NCBI GenBank assembly: GCA_964016885.1
Contig: OZ024740.1
Location: 24,180,001-24,244,000 of the forward strand
DNA length: 64,000 bases
From: Eledone cirrhosa
Lineage: Eukaryota
Direction: 5' to 3'
How positions within the stretch are numbered: position 1 is the first letter of the stretch; the number at the start of each line of letters is the position of its first letter. Made by a program: the position numbers and the translations under genes. Shown here one piece after another: positions 1 through 14,842 of the stretch. A model generated the notes under the pieces. That model did not search any database and had not been told where the DNA came from. It saw nothing but the letters and a program-made list of their open reading frames with translations.

Positions 1-3000
1 CAACAACACTACCACTAACAACAACACTACCACTAATAACAACACTACCACTAACAACAAACACTACCACTAACAACAACACTACCACTAACAACAACAC
101 TACCACTAACAACAACACTACCACTAACAACAACACTACCACTAACAACAACACTACCACTAACAACAACACTACCACTAACAACAACACTACCACTAAC
201 AGCAACACTACCACTAACAACAACACTACCACTAACAACAACACTACCACTAACAACAACACTACCACTAATAACAATACTACCACTAACAACAAACACT
301 ACCACTAACAACAACACTACCACTAACAACAACACTACCACTAACAACAACACTACCACTAACAACAACACTACCACTAATAACAACACTACCACTAACA
401 ACAACACCACTAACAACAACACTACCACTAACAACAACACTATCACTAACAACAACACTACCACTAACAACAACACTACAACTAACAACAACACTACCAC
501 TAACAACAACACTACCACTAACAACAACAGTACCACTAACAACACTACAACTATCAACACGCTACCTCTAACAACAACACTACCACTAATAACAACAATA
601 CTACTAACAACAACACTACAACTAACAACAACACTACAACTAACAACAACACTACCGCTAACAACAACACTACCACTAACAACACTACCACTAACAACAA
701 CACTACCACTAACAACAACACTACCACTAATAACAACACTACCACTAACGACAACACTACCACTAACAACAACACTACCACTACCAACCACACTACCACT
801 AACAACAACAACACCACTAACAACAACACTACCACTAACAACAACACTACAACTACCAACAACACTACCACTAACAACAACACTACCACTAACAACAACA
901 CTACCACTAACAACAACATCACCACTAACAACAACACCACCACTAACAACAACACTACCACTAACAACAACATCACCACTAACAACAGCACTACCACTAA
1001 CAACAACACTACCACTAACAACAACACTACAACTAACAACAACACTACAAGTAACAACAACACTACCACTAACAACAACACTACCACTAACAACAACACT
1101 ACCACTAATAACAACACTACCACTAACAACAACACTACCACTAACAACAACACTACCACTAACGACAACACTACCACTAACGACAACACTACAACTAACA
1201 ACAACACTACCACTAATAACAACACTACCACTAACAACAACACTACCACTAACAACAACACCACTAACTACAACACTACTACTAACAACAACACTACTAC
1301 TAACAACAACAGTACCTCTAACAACAACACTACAACTAACAACAACACTACCACTAACAACAACACTACCACTAACAACAACAACACCACTAACAACAAC
1401 AACACTAACAACAACACTACCACTAACAACAACACTAGCACTAACAACAACAACACCACTAAGAACAACACCACTAACAACAACAACACCACTAACAACA
1501 ACACTACCACTAACAACAACACTACCACAAACAACACTACAACTAATAACAACACTACCACTAACAACAACACTACCACTAACAACAACACTACGAATAA
1601 CAACAACAACACCACTAACAACAACACTACCACTAACAACAACACTACCACTAATAACAACACCACCACTAACAACAGCACCACCACTAACAACAACACT
1701 ACCACTAACAACACTACCACTAACAACAACACTACCACTAACAACAACACTACAACTAACAACAACACTACCGCTAACAACAAGACTACCACTAACAACA
1801 AAACTACCACTAACAACAACACTACTAATAACAACACTAACACTAACAACAACACTACCACTAACAACAACAATACAACTAACAACAACACTACCACTAA
1901 CAACAACACTACCACTAACAACAACACTACAACTAACAACAACACTACCACTCATAACAACACTACCACTAACAACAACACTACCACTAACAACAACACT
2001 ACCACTAACAACAACACTACAACTAACAACAACACTACCACTAATAACAACACTACCACTAACAACAACTCTACCACTAACAACAACAATACAACTAACA
2101 ACAACACTACCACTAACAACAACACTACCACTAACAACAACACTACCACTAACAACAACACTACCACTAATAACAACACTACCACTAACAACAACACTAC
2201 CACTAACATCAACACTACCACTAACAACAACACTACCACTAACAACAACACTACCACTAACAACAACACTACCACTAACATCAACACTACCACTAACAAC
2301 AACACTACCACTAACAACAACAACACAACTAACAACAACACTACCACTAACAACAACAATACAACTACCAACAACACTACCACTAACAACAACACTACCA
2401 CTAACAACAACACTACCACTAACAAAAACAATACAACTAACAACAACACCACCACTAACAACAACACTACAACTAACAACAACACTACCACTAATAACAA
2501 CACTACCACTAACAACAACACTACCACTAACAACAACACCACTAACAACAACACTACGACTAACAACAACACTACCACTAATAACAACACTACCACTAAC
2601 AACAACACCACTAACAACAACACTACCACTAACAACAACACTATCACTAACAACAAAACTACCACTAACAACAACACTACCACTAACAACAACACTACCA
2701 CTAACAACATCACCACTAACAACAACAGTACCACTAACAACAACACTACCACTAACACCAACACTACCACTAACAACAACACTACAACTAACAACAACAC
2801 TACCACTAACAACAACACTACCACTAACAACAACACTACCACTAACAACAACACTACCACTAAAACAACACTACATCTAACAACAACACTACCACTAACA
2901 ACAACACTACATCTAACAACAACACTACCACTAACAACAACACTACAACTAACAACAACACTACCACTAACAACAACACTAGTACTAACAACAACACTAC

Positions 3001-6000
3001 AACTCACAACAACGCTACCACTAACAACAACACTACCACTAACAACAAAACTACCACTAACAACAACATTACAACTAACAACAACACTACAACTATCAAC
3101 AACACCACATCTAACAACAACACTACAACTAACAACAACACTACCACTAACAACAACACTACCACTAACAACACTACAACTAACAACAACACTACCACTA
3201 ACAACAACACTACCACTAACAACAACACAACCACTAACAACAACATCACCACTAACAACACTACCACTAACAACAACACCACCACTAACAACAACACTAC
3301 TACTAACAACACTAACACTAACAACATCACCACTAACAACACCACCACCACTAACAACAACACTACCACTAACAACAACACTACCACTAACAACAACACT
3401 ACCACTAATAACAACACTACCACTAACAACAACACTACCACTATCAATAACACTACCACTAACAACAACACTACCACTAACAACAACACTACCACTAACA
3501 ACAACACTACCACTAACAACACTACCACTAACAACAACACTACCACTAACAACAACACTACCACTGACAACAACACTACCACATACAACAACACTACCAC
3601 TACCAACAACACTACCACTAACAACAACAACACAACTAACAAAAACACTGCCAATAACAACAACACTACCACTAACAACAACAACACAACTAACAACAAC
3701 ACTACCACTAACAACAACACTACCACTAATAACAACACTATCACTAACAACAACACTACCATTAACAACAACACTACCACTACCAACAACACTACCACTA
3801 ACAACAACAACACAACTAACAAAAACACTACCACTAACAACAACACTACCACTAACAACAACATCACCACTAACAACAACACTACCACTAACAACAACAC
3901 TACCACTAACTACAACACTACCACTAAGAACAACACCACTAACAGCAACACTACCACCAACAACAACACTACCACTAACAACAACACTACCACTAACAAC
4001 AACACTACCACTAACAACAACACTACCACTAACAACAACACTACAACTAACAACAACACTACAACTAACAACAACACCACTAACAACAACACTACCACTA
4101 ACAACAACACTACGACTAACAACAACACTACCACTAACAACAACACTACCACTAACAACAACACTACCACTAACAACAACACTACCACTAATAACAACAC
4201 TACCACTAACAACAAACACTACCACTAACAACAACACTACCACTAACAACAACACTACCACTAACAACAACACTACCACTAACAACAACACTACCACTAA
4301 CAGCAACACTACCACTAACAGCCACACTACCACTAACAACAACACTACCACTAACAACAACACTACCACTAACAACAACACTACCACTAACAACAAACAC
4401 TACCACTAACAACAACACTACCACTAACAACAACAGTACCACTAACAACACTACAACTATCAACACACTACCTCTAACAACAACACTACCACTAATAACA
4501 ACACTACCACTAACAACAACACTACCACTAACAACACTACCACTAACAACACTACCACTAACAACAACACTACCACTAACAACAACACTACCACTACCAA
4601 CAACAACACTACCACTAACAACAACACTACCACTAACAACACTACAACTAACAACCACACTACCACTAACAACACTACAACTATCAACAACACTACCACT
4701 AACAAAAACACAACCACTAACAACAACACTACCACTAACAACAACACTACCACTAACAACAACACTACAACTAACAACAACACTACCACTAACAACAACA
4801 CTACCACTAACAACAACACTACCACTAACAACAACAGTACCACTAACAACACTACAACTATCAACACATTACCTCTAACAACAACACTACCACTAATAAC
4901 AACACTACCACTAACAACAACACTACCACTAACAACACTACCACTAACAACACTACCACTAACAACAACACTACCACTAACAACAACACTACCACTACCA
5001 ACAACAACACTACCACTAACAACAACACTACCACTAACAACACTACAACTAACAACCACACTACCACTAACAACACTACAACTATCAACAACACTACCAC
5101 TAACAAAAACACAACCACTAACAACAACACTACCACTAACAACAACACTACCACTAACAACACTACCACTAACAACACTACCACTAACAACAACACTACC
5201 ACTAACAACAACACTACCACTACCAACAACAACACTACCACTAACAACAACACTACCACTAACAACACTACAACTAACAACCACACTACCACTAACAACA
5301 CTACAACTATCAACAACACTACCACTAACAAAAACACAACCACTAACAACAACACTACCACTAACAACAACACTACAACTAACAACAACACTACCACTAA
5401 CAACAACACTACCACTAACAACAACACTACCACTAACAACAACAGTACCACTAACAACACTACAACTATCAACACACTACCTCTAACAACAACACTACCA
5501 CTAATAACAACACTACCACTAACAACAACACTACCACTAACAACACTACCACTAACAACAACACTACCACTAATAACAACACTATCACTAACAACAACAC
5601 TACCATTAACAACAACACTACCACTACCAACAACACTACCACTAACAACAACAACACAACTAACAAAAACACTACCACTAACAACAACACTACCACTAAC
5701 AACAACATCACCACTAACAACAACACTACCACTAACAACAACACTACCACTAACTACAACACTACCACTAACAACAACACCACTAACAACAACACTACCA
5801 CTAACAACAACAGTACCACTAACAACACTACAACTATCAACACACTACCTCTAACAACAACACTACCACTAATAACAACACTACCACTAACAACAACACT
5901 ACCACTAACAACACTACCACTAACAACACTACCACTAACAACAACACTACCACTAACAACAACACTACCACTACCAACAACAACACTACCACTAACAACA

Positions 6001-9000
6001 ACACTACCACTAACAACACTACAACTAACAACCACACTACCACTAACAACACTACAACTATCAACAACACTACCACTAACAAAAACACAACCACTAACAA
6101 CAACACTACCACTAACAACAACACTACCACTAACAACACTACCACTAACAACGCTACCACTAACAACAACACTACCACTAACAACAACACTACCACTACC
6201 AACAACACTACCACTAACAACAACACTACCACTAACAACAACACTACCACTAACAGCAACACTACCACTAACAGCAACACTACCACTAACAACAACACTA
6301 CCACTAACAACAACACTACCACTAACAACAACACTACCACTAATAACAATACTACCACTAACAACAAACACTACCACTAACAACAACACTACCACTAACA
6401 ACAATACTACCACTAACAACAACACTACCACTAACAACAACACTACCACTAACAACAACACTACCACTAACAACACTACAACTAACAACCACACTACCAC
6501 TAACAACACTACAACTATCAACAACACTACCACTAACAAAAACACAACCACTAACAACAACACTACCACTAACAACAACACTACAACTAACAACAACACT
6601 ACCACTAACAACAACACTACCACTAACAACAACACTACCACTAACAACAACAGTACCACTAACAACACTACAACTATCAACACACTACCTCTAACAACAA
6701 CACTACCACTAATAACAACACTACCACTAACAACACTACCACTAACAACACTACCACTAACAACAACACTACCACTAACAACAACACTACCACTACCAAC
6801 AACAACACTACCACTAACAACAACACTACCACTAACAACAACACTACCACTAACAACAACAGTACCACTAACAACACTACAACTATCAACACACTACCTC
6901 TAACAACAACACTACCACTAATAACAACACTACCACTAACAACAACACTACCACTAACAACACTACCACTAACAACACTACCACTAACAACAACACTACC
7001 ACTAACAACAACACTACCACTACCAACAACAGCACTACCACTAACAACAACACTACCACTAACAACACTACAACTAACAACCACACTACCACTAACAACA
7101 CTACAACTATCAACAACACTACCACTAACAAAAACACAACCACTAACAACAACACTACCACTAACAACAACACTACCACTAACAACACTACCACTAACAA
7201 CACTACCACTAACAACAACACTACCACTAACAACAACACTACCACTACCAACAACAACACTACCACTAACAACAACACTACCACTAACAACACTACAACT
7301 AACAACCACACTACCACTAACAACACTACAACTATCAACAACACTACCACTAACAAAAACACAACCACTAACAACAACACTACCACTAACAACAACACTA
7401 CAACTAACAACAACACTACCACTAACAACAACACTACCACTAACAACAACACTACCACTAACAACAACAGTACCACTAACAACACTACAACTATCAACAC
7501 ACTACCTCTAACAACAACACTACCACTAATAACAACACTACCACTAACAACAACACTACCACTAACAACACTACCACTAACAACACTACCACTAACAACA
7601 ACACTACCACTAACAACAACACTACCACTACCAACAACAACACTACCACTAACAACAACACTACCACTAACAACACTACAACTAACAACCACACTACCAC
7701 TAACAACACTACAACTATCAACAACACTACCACTAACAAAAACACAACCACTAACAACAACACTACCACTAACAACAACACTACCACTAACAACAACACA
7801 ACCACTAACAACAACACTACCACTAACAACAACACTACCACTAACAACACTACAACTAACAACCACACTACCACTAACAACACTACAACTATCAACAACA
7901 CTACCACTAACAAAAACACAACCACTAACAACAACACTACCACTAACAACAACACTACCACTAACAACAACATTACAACTAACAACAACACTACAACTAT
8001 CAACAACACCACCTCTAACAACAACACTACAACTAACAACAACACTACCACTAACAACAACACTACCACTAACAACACTACAACTAACAACAACACTACC
8101 ACTAACAACAACACTACCACTAACAACAACACAACCACTAACAACAACATCACCACTAACAACACTACCACTAACAACAACACCACCACTAACAACAACA
8201 CTACTACTAACAACACTAACACTAACAACATCACCACTAACAACACCACCACCACTAACAACAACACTACCACTAACAACAACACTACCACTAACAACAA
8301 CACTACCACTAATAACAACACTACCACTAACAACAACACTACCACTATCAATAACACTACCACTAACAACAACACTACCACTAACAACAACACTACCACT
8401 AACAACAACACTACCACTAACAACACTACCACTAACAACAACACTACCACTAACAACAACACTACCACTGACAACAACACTACCACATACAACAACACTA
8501 CCACTACCAACAACACTACCACTAACAACAACAACACAACTAACAAAAACACTGCCAATAACAACAACACTACCACTAACAACAACAACACAACTAACAA
8601 CAACACTACCACTAACAACAACACTACCACTAATAACAACACTATCACTAACAACAACACTACCATTAACAACAACACTACCACTACCAACAACACTACC
8701 ACTAACAACAACAACACAACTAACAAAAACACTACCACTAACAACAACACTACCACTAACAACAACATCACCACTAACAACAACACTACCACTAACAACA
8801 ACACTACCACTAACTACAACACTACCACTAACAACAACACCACTAACAGCAACACTACCACCAACAACAACACTACCACTAACAACAACACTACCACTAA
8901 CAACAACACTACCACTAACAACAACACTACCACTAACAACAACACTACAACTAACAACAACACTACAACTAACAACAACACTACCACTAACAACAACACT

Positions 9001-10330
9001 ACCACTAACAACAACACTACCACTAACAACAACACTACCACTAACAACAACACTACCACTAATAACAACACTACCACTAACAACAAACACTACCACTAAC
9101 AACAACACTACCACTAACAACAACACTACCACTAACAACAACACTACCACTAACAACAACACTACCACTAACAACAACACTACCACTAACAACAACACTA
9201 CCACTAACAGCAACACTACCACTAACAGCAACACTACCACTAACAACAACACTACCACTAACAACAACACTACCACTAACAACAACACTACCACTAACAA
9301 CAAACACTACCACTAACAACAACACTACCACTAACAACAACACTACCACTAACAACAACACTACCACTAATAACAACACTACCACTAACAACAACACCAC
9401 TAACAACAACACTACCACTAACAACAACACTATCACTAACAACAACACTACCACTAACAACAACACTACAACTAACAACAACACTACCACTAACAACAAC
9501 ACTACCACTAACAACAACACTACCACTAACAACAACAGTACCACTAACAACACTACAACTATCAACACACTACCTCTAACAACAACACTACCACTAATAA
9601 CAACACTACCACTAACAACAACACTACCACTAACAACACTACCACTAACAACACTACCACTAACAACAACACTACCACTAACAACAACACTACCACTACC
9701 AACAACAACACTACCACTAACAACAACACTACCACTAACAACACTACAACTAACAACCACACTACCACTAACAACACTACAACTATCAACAACACTACCA
9801 CTAACAAAAACACAACCACTAACAACAACACTACCACTAACAACAACACTACCACTAACAACAACACAACCACTAACAACAACACTACCACTAACAACAA
9901 CACTACCACTAACAACACTACAACTAACAACCACACTACCACTAACAACACTACAACTATCAACAACACTACCACTAACAAAAACACAACCACTAACAAC
10001 AACACTACCACTAACAACAACACTACCACTAACAACAACACTACCACTAACAACAACAACAACACTAACAACAACACTACCAATAACAACAACACCAATA
10101 ACAACAAGACTACAACTAACAACAACACTACCACTAACAACAACACTACCACTAACAACAACACTATCACTAACAACAACACTACCAATAACAAGAAGAC
10201 TACCACTAACAACAACAACAACACTAACAACAACACTACCAATAACAACAACACCAATAACAACAAGACTACAACTAACAACAACACCACTAACAAGAAC
10301 AACACCAATAACAACAACACTACCAATAAC
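1..10330 (+). repeat. 18-bp tandem satellite/minisatellite, consensus AACAACAACACTACCACT, ~560 units, runs off the left edge
   Basis: Unit repeated continuously with +/-AAC length variants and recurrent diagnostic variants (cagtacc, ctacctcta, tatcaac, aaaaacacaacc). Plus strand almost G-free. The SGSVVV/LLVVVL ORFs are its reverse-strand translations. Confidence 0.97.
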
Positions 10331-11320
10331 AACAAGAACAAAATAAACAACAATAAACAAAAATACAGCTAGCACCACCAATATCACTAACCCCAACAAT
10401 ACCACCGACACCACCACCACTAGCACTACCAATACCACCACCACCACCATCAGCAGCACCAATACCACCACCACCAACAACAAAAACACCAATATCTACG
10501 CTACCAACACTACCAACACCACCACCACTAGCACCACCAATACCACCATGACCTGCACCACTACCATCACTACCACTACTAACAACAACACCACTACCAC
10601 CACTACCACCACTACCACCACTACCACCAACACCACTAATACCACTACCACCAACACCACTAACACCACCAGCACCAGTTCCATCAACACCAACAGCACC
10701 AGTTTGAACACCATCACTACCAGCAACACCAATACCACCACTGCCAGCAACACCAGCACCACCACCACCAACACCAATACCACCACTACCTGCACCACCA
10801 ATACCACCACTACCACCAACACCACCAACACCGCCACTACCAGCACCACCAATATTACCACAACCACCAACACCAGCACCACCACCACCAACACCACCAC
10901 TACCTGCACCACCAATACCACCACTACCACCAACTCTAGCAACACCACCACCAACACCGCCACTACCAGCACCACCAATATCACCACAACCACCAGCACC
11001 ACCACCACCAACACCACCACTACCTGCACCACCAATACCACCACTACCACCAACACTAGCAACACCACCACCAACACCGCCACTACCAGCACCACCAATA
11101 TCACCACTACCACCGACACTAGCACCACCGCCACTACCAGCACCAAAAATACCACCACTACCACCAACACCAGCACCAGCACCACCAACACCACCACTAC
11201 CACCACCACCAATACCACCACTACCACCGACACCACCACTAACACCCATACCAACACCGCCACTAATACCAACACCACCACCACCACTACCACCGTCAAC
11301 AACAACAACAATAACAAATA
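10331..11320 (+). repeat. ACC-rich degenerate trinucleotide-based tandem repeat continuing from the satellite
   Basis: accaccacta/ccaccaacacc/ccagcaccaccaat motifs with longer internal reiterations (tacctgcaccaccaataccaccactaccaccaac at ~10787, 10901, 11021). Confidence 0.9.
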
Positions 11321-11479
11321 CAAAGAGAAGCCCTACCAAAAACCATTAGACGTAGCAATGGCGGCATTCTTTTGTAAAAGTTTAATCAAAGTTCGATTTG
11401 CTTCGACACCATTCCACCATTTACATGCTTTGGCTTTCCTTTTTGTTTGCGTGTTGTTATTGATGTTATTCTTATTCTT

Positions 11480-11705
11480 GTTGGTGGTGGTGGTGGTGTT
11501 GGTGGTGGTGGTGACGGTAGTTGTTGTGGTGGTGGTGGTGGTGGTGATGGTGGCGGTGGTTGTTGTGGTGGTGGTGGTGTTGTTAGCGGTGCTGGTGGTG
11601 GTGGTGGTGTTCGTTGGGGGAGGGGGGGGTCGTTGTGGTGGTGGTGGTGGTTGTGGTGATGTTGGTGATGGCGGTGGCGGTGGTGGTGGTGGTGGCGGTG
11701 GTGTT
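11480..11705 (+). repeat. (GGT)n degenerate microsatellite, opposite polarity to the upstream ACC tract
   Basis: ggtggtggtg/gttgtg runs. Confidence 0.9.
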
Positions 11706-11819
11706 TAATGGCGCTGTTCTCGCTATAGTTGTTGCTTTTGTAAAAAGCGAATTAGATGATGGTGCAAGTCGAAGAGAGAGAGAGAGAGAAGTGTCTGGGG
11801 CTCTGCTAAACGGGTAATT

Positions 11820-12825
11820 TATATATATACATATATATATACATATATGTGTGTGTGGGTGTGTTTGTGTTTGTGTGAGTATGTGTGTATGTGTGTGTAT
11901 GTGAGTGAGTGTGTGTGTGTGTGTGGATGTGTATGTGTGGATGTTGTGTGTGGATGTGAGTGTGTGTTTGTGTGGGTATGTGTGTGTGTGTGAGTGTGTG
12001 TGAGAGTATGTGTGTGTGTATGTGTGTGTGTATGTGTATGTGTGTGAGTGTCTGTGTGTGTGTGTGTGTGTGTGTATGTGTGTGTGTATGTGTGGGTGGG
12101 TGTGTGTATGTGTCTATTTGTGAGTGTGTGTGTGTGAGTGTATGTGGGTGTGAGTGTCTGTGTGTGTGCGTGTTGGAGTGTGTGTATGTATGTGCGTTTG
12201 TGTGAGTGTGTGTGGATTCGAGTGTGTGGTGTATGTGTGTGTGTAGGTGTGTGTGTGTGTATGTGAGTGCGTGTGGGTGTGAGCGTGTGTATGTATGTGT
12301 GTGTGAGTGTGTGTGGGTGTGAGTGTGTTTGGGTGTGAGTGTGTGTGTGTGAGTGTGTGTGTGGGTGTGAGTGTGTGTGCGTGTGAGTATGTGTGTGTGT
12401 GTGAGTGTGTGTGTGTGTGAGTGTGTGTGGGTGTGAGTGTGTGTGTGTATGTGTGTGTGTGAGTGTGTGTGTGTATGTGTGTGTGAGTAGGTGTGAGTGT
12501 GTGTGTATGTGTGTGTGTGTGTGTGTGTGACAAAGTTAACTTCAGTGGTTATTGAACTTATAGTGCGGAAACCGAAACGAGAATATACCGCAAGGAATTG
12601 TAACTAAGGTTCTAACGACTTTGCTATTTTACTGCCAACACACACACACTCACACACACATACACACACATACACACACACACACACTCGCGCCCACACA
12701 TACATACCCACACACTCACACACCCACACACACATACACACACACATATATGTATATATATATATCTACATACATACAGACGCGCACACGTCCTACACCC
12801 ACACATACACACAGACAGAAAGAGA

Positions 12826-12866
<41 letters not shown>

Positions 12867-13027
12867 AGAGGCAGAGAGAATTATGAAGTGTAATAATAAC
12901 AGAAGAGAGGGAGAGTGAGATTGTTTTATAGAGTGTGTGAGACACATGTAAAGAAAATAATATATTGTGCAATAGGCATAGATAGAGATAGCTAGAGAGA
13001 GAGGTAGATAGGGAGATAGAGAGATAG

Positions 13028-13082
<55 letters not shown>

Positions 13083-13129
13083 GATAGATAGATAGATAGA
13101 TTTAGCTAGAGAGAGAGGTAGATAGGGAG

Positions 13130-13162
<33 letters not shown>

Positions 13163-13526
13163 TAGAGATATATATATATATATATTGAATAGATAGATAG
13201 AGAAAGGCAGAGAGAGAGAGAGGCAAAGAGAGAAGAGAGGCAGAGAGAGAGAGAGAAGCAGAGGGAAATGAGAGAGAGAGGATTAAAGAAAGTGATAGGG
13301 AGAAAAATGAATGTAAGTGAGAGAAAAGAGAGTAAGAGAGAGAAGGAGAAACGAGAGAATAAGAGAGGAGAGAGCCAGAAAAGAGAATGAGAGAGAGAAG
13401 TGAGAGAGTGAGAGAGGAGACATAAAAGAGTGAGAGAGAGAAGGGAGAGAGTGAAAGAGAGATGAGAGGAGAGAGACAGAAAATATAGTAAGAGCGAGAG
13501 GAGAGAGAGTGAAAGAGAGGGGAGAA

Positions 13527-13580
<54 letters not shown>
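11820..13580. repeat. Compound microsatellite block: (TA)n, degenerate (GT)n ~11850-12530, (CA)n ~12640-12810, (GA)/(GATA)n polypurine ~12820-13580
   Basis: Direct reading. Confidence 0.95.
12530..12636 (-). mobile_element. Decayed fragment of the tRNA-derived SINE
   Basis: caaagttaacttcagtggttattgaact matches caaagttaacctcggcgggatttgaact of other copies. Confidence 0.5.
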
Positions 13581-13582
<2 letters not shown>

Positions 13583-14061
13583 AGAGGTCGTTAATGTGTT
13601 TTTATTGTACAGTAGGAAAAAAATTAATTATGCCTATTTTTGATTGAAATTAAAATTAACATACTTGCACATCCACAGCCATAAATGCACACAGAGGAAC
13701 AGACATACAGACACATACACACACACACATACATATATACACACACACCACACACATACATATATATGCCTGCACACACAAAGATCTGCAGATTTAGAAA
13801 TGAGAAGAAGGGCACCTCATACACATATGTTGACTCATATGCTAATACATACATAGATTCATACATATATACATAGATACATACACATACATTCATACAT
13901 ACACATTCATAGATACATAGCTACATACATACATGCATACATACATACATACATACATACACACATACATACATACATACATACATACATTCATACATAG
14001 ATACATACATAGATACATACACACATACATTCATACATACATTCATACATAGATACATACA

Positions 14062-14660
14062 TGGTGGCTGCCAACTCGTTTTCGAGTACGGCCACTACTT
14101 TATATCCATGTAGGAGAACTCCTACCGATGCGCTGAACGAGTGTGACTTTTTAGTCCAGCCAGCGACTTGAAAACTCTGGTACCAACACTACACTTGTGA
14201 CAATTATTGACACATAGTGCTGGGCCCATGTGACGACAAGTGCAGAGAGATCTCCAGATATAAAGCAATGCCTGTGCCATGAAGCTTTTATAGTGAGCAA
14301 AGGCACTGCACAAAGCCAGTCCCACTCTCTTAACCAAGATGATATTTACCAAAAAGAAGAACAAGTCAACATCATTGGATACCATCAGGGTTGCAGGTGT
14401 TATATCAGAGTTTTCCTTCTCCTAGAATTCTGCCTTGACAAAGGCTAAAGGGTCATCTCTCCCGGTGATTTTGGATGGCCATTGACTTTTAAGAGCTCCT
14501 TTGCCCTTTGACAGGTTTTATTTTTAGACCTGCAGGATGTCCAAAGTCACCCTCCTCACCAAGAAACCTTAGTGGGGTTGCCAGTTTAGTCGCCAACGAC
14601 CCGACCATGAGACAGGTTGTACTGGGATACATGTTACCAGTAGCACCAACTGGTGACCTG
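14062..14660 (-). mobile_element. Non-autonomous bipartite RTE-derived retroelement, copy 1 (~600 bp)
   Basis: Sense strand has the RTE 5'UTR-like motif CTAGGAGAAGGAAAACTCTGAT fused to an RTE-type C-terminal C2H2-like remnant (HKCSVGTRVFKSLAGLKSHTRSAHR*), then an (ATGT)n tail. Near-identical copy at 19032-19637. Confidence 0.75.
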
Positions 14661-14681
14661 ACATACATGCATACATACATA

Positions 14682-14752
14682 GTGGATGCCAACTCGTTTT
14701 CGAGTACAGCCACTACTTTTTATCCATGTAGGAGAACCCCTACCGATGTGCT
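14682..14752 (-). mobile_element. Short 3'-end fragment of the same RTE-derived element
   Basis: gtggatgccaactcgttttcgagtacagccactactttttatccatgtaggagaacc matches 14063-14130. Confidence 0.8.
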
Positions 14753-14842
14753 GATACATACATACATGCATACATACATACATACATACATACATACATA
14801 CATACATACATACATACATACATACATACATACATACATACA

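Noticed and set aside
51-11708. Long V/L/S/G- or T/N-rich ORFs of up to 814 aa
   Set aside because: Stop-free by composition of the 18-mer and ACC repeats, overlapping in several frames, with no domain or splice evidence
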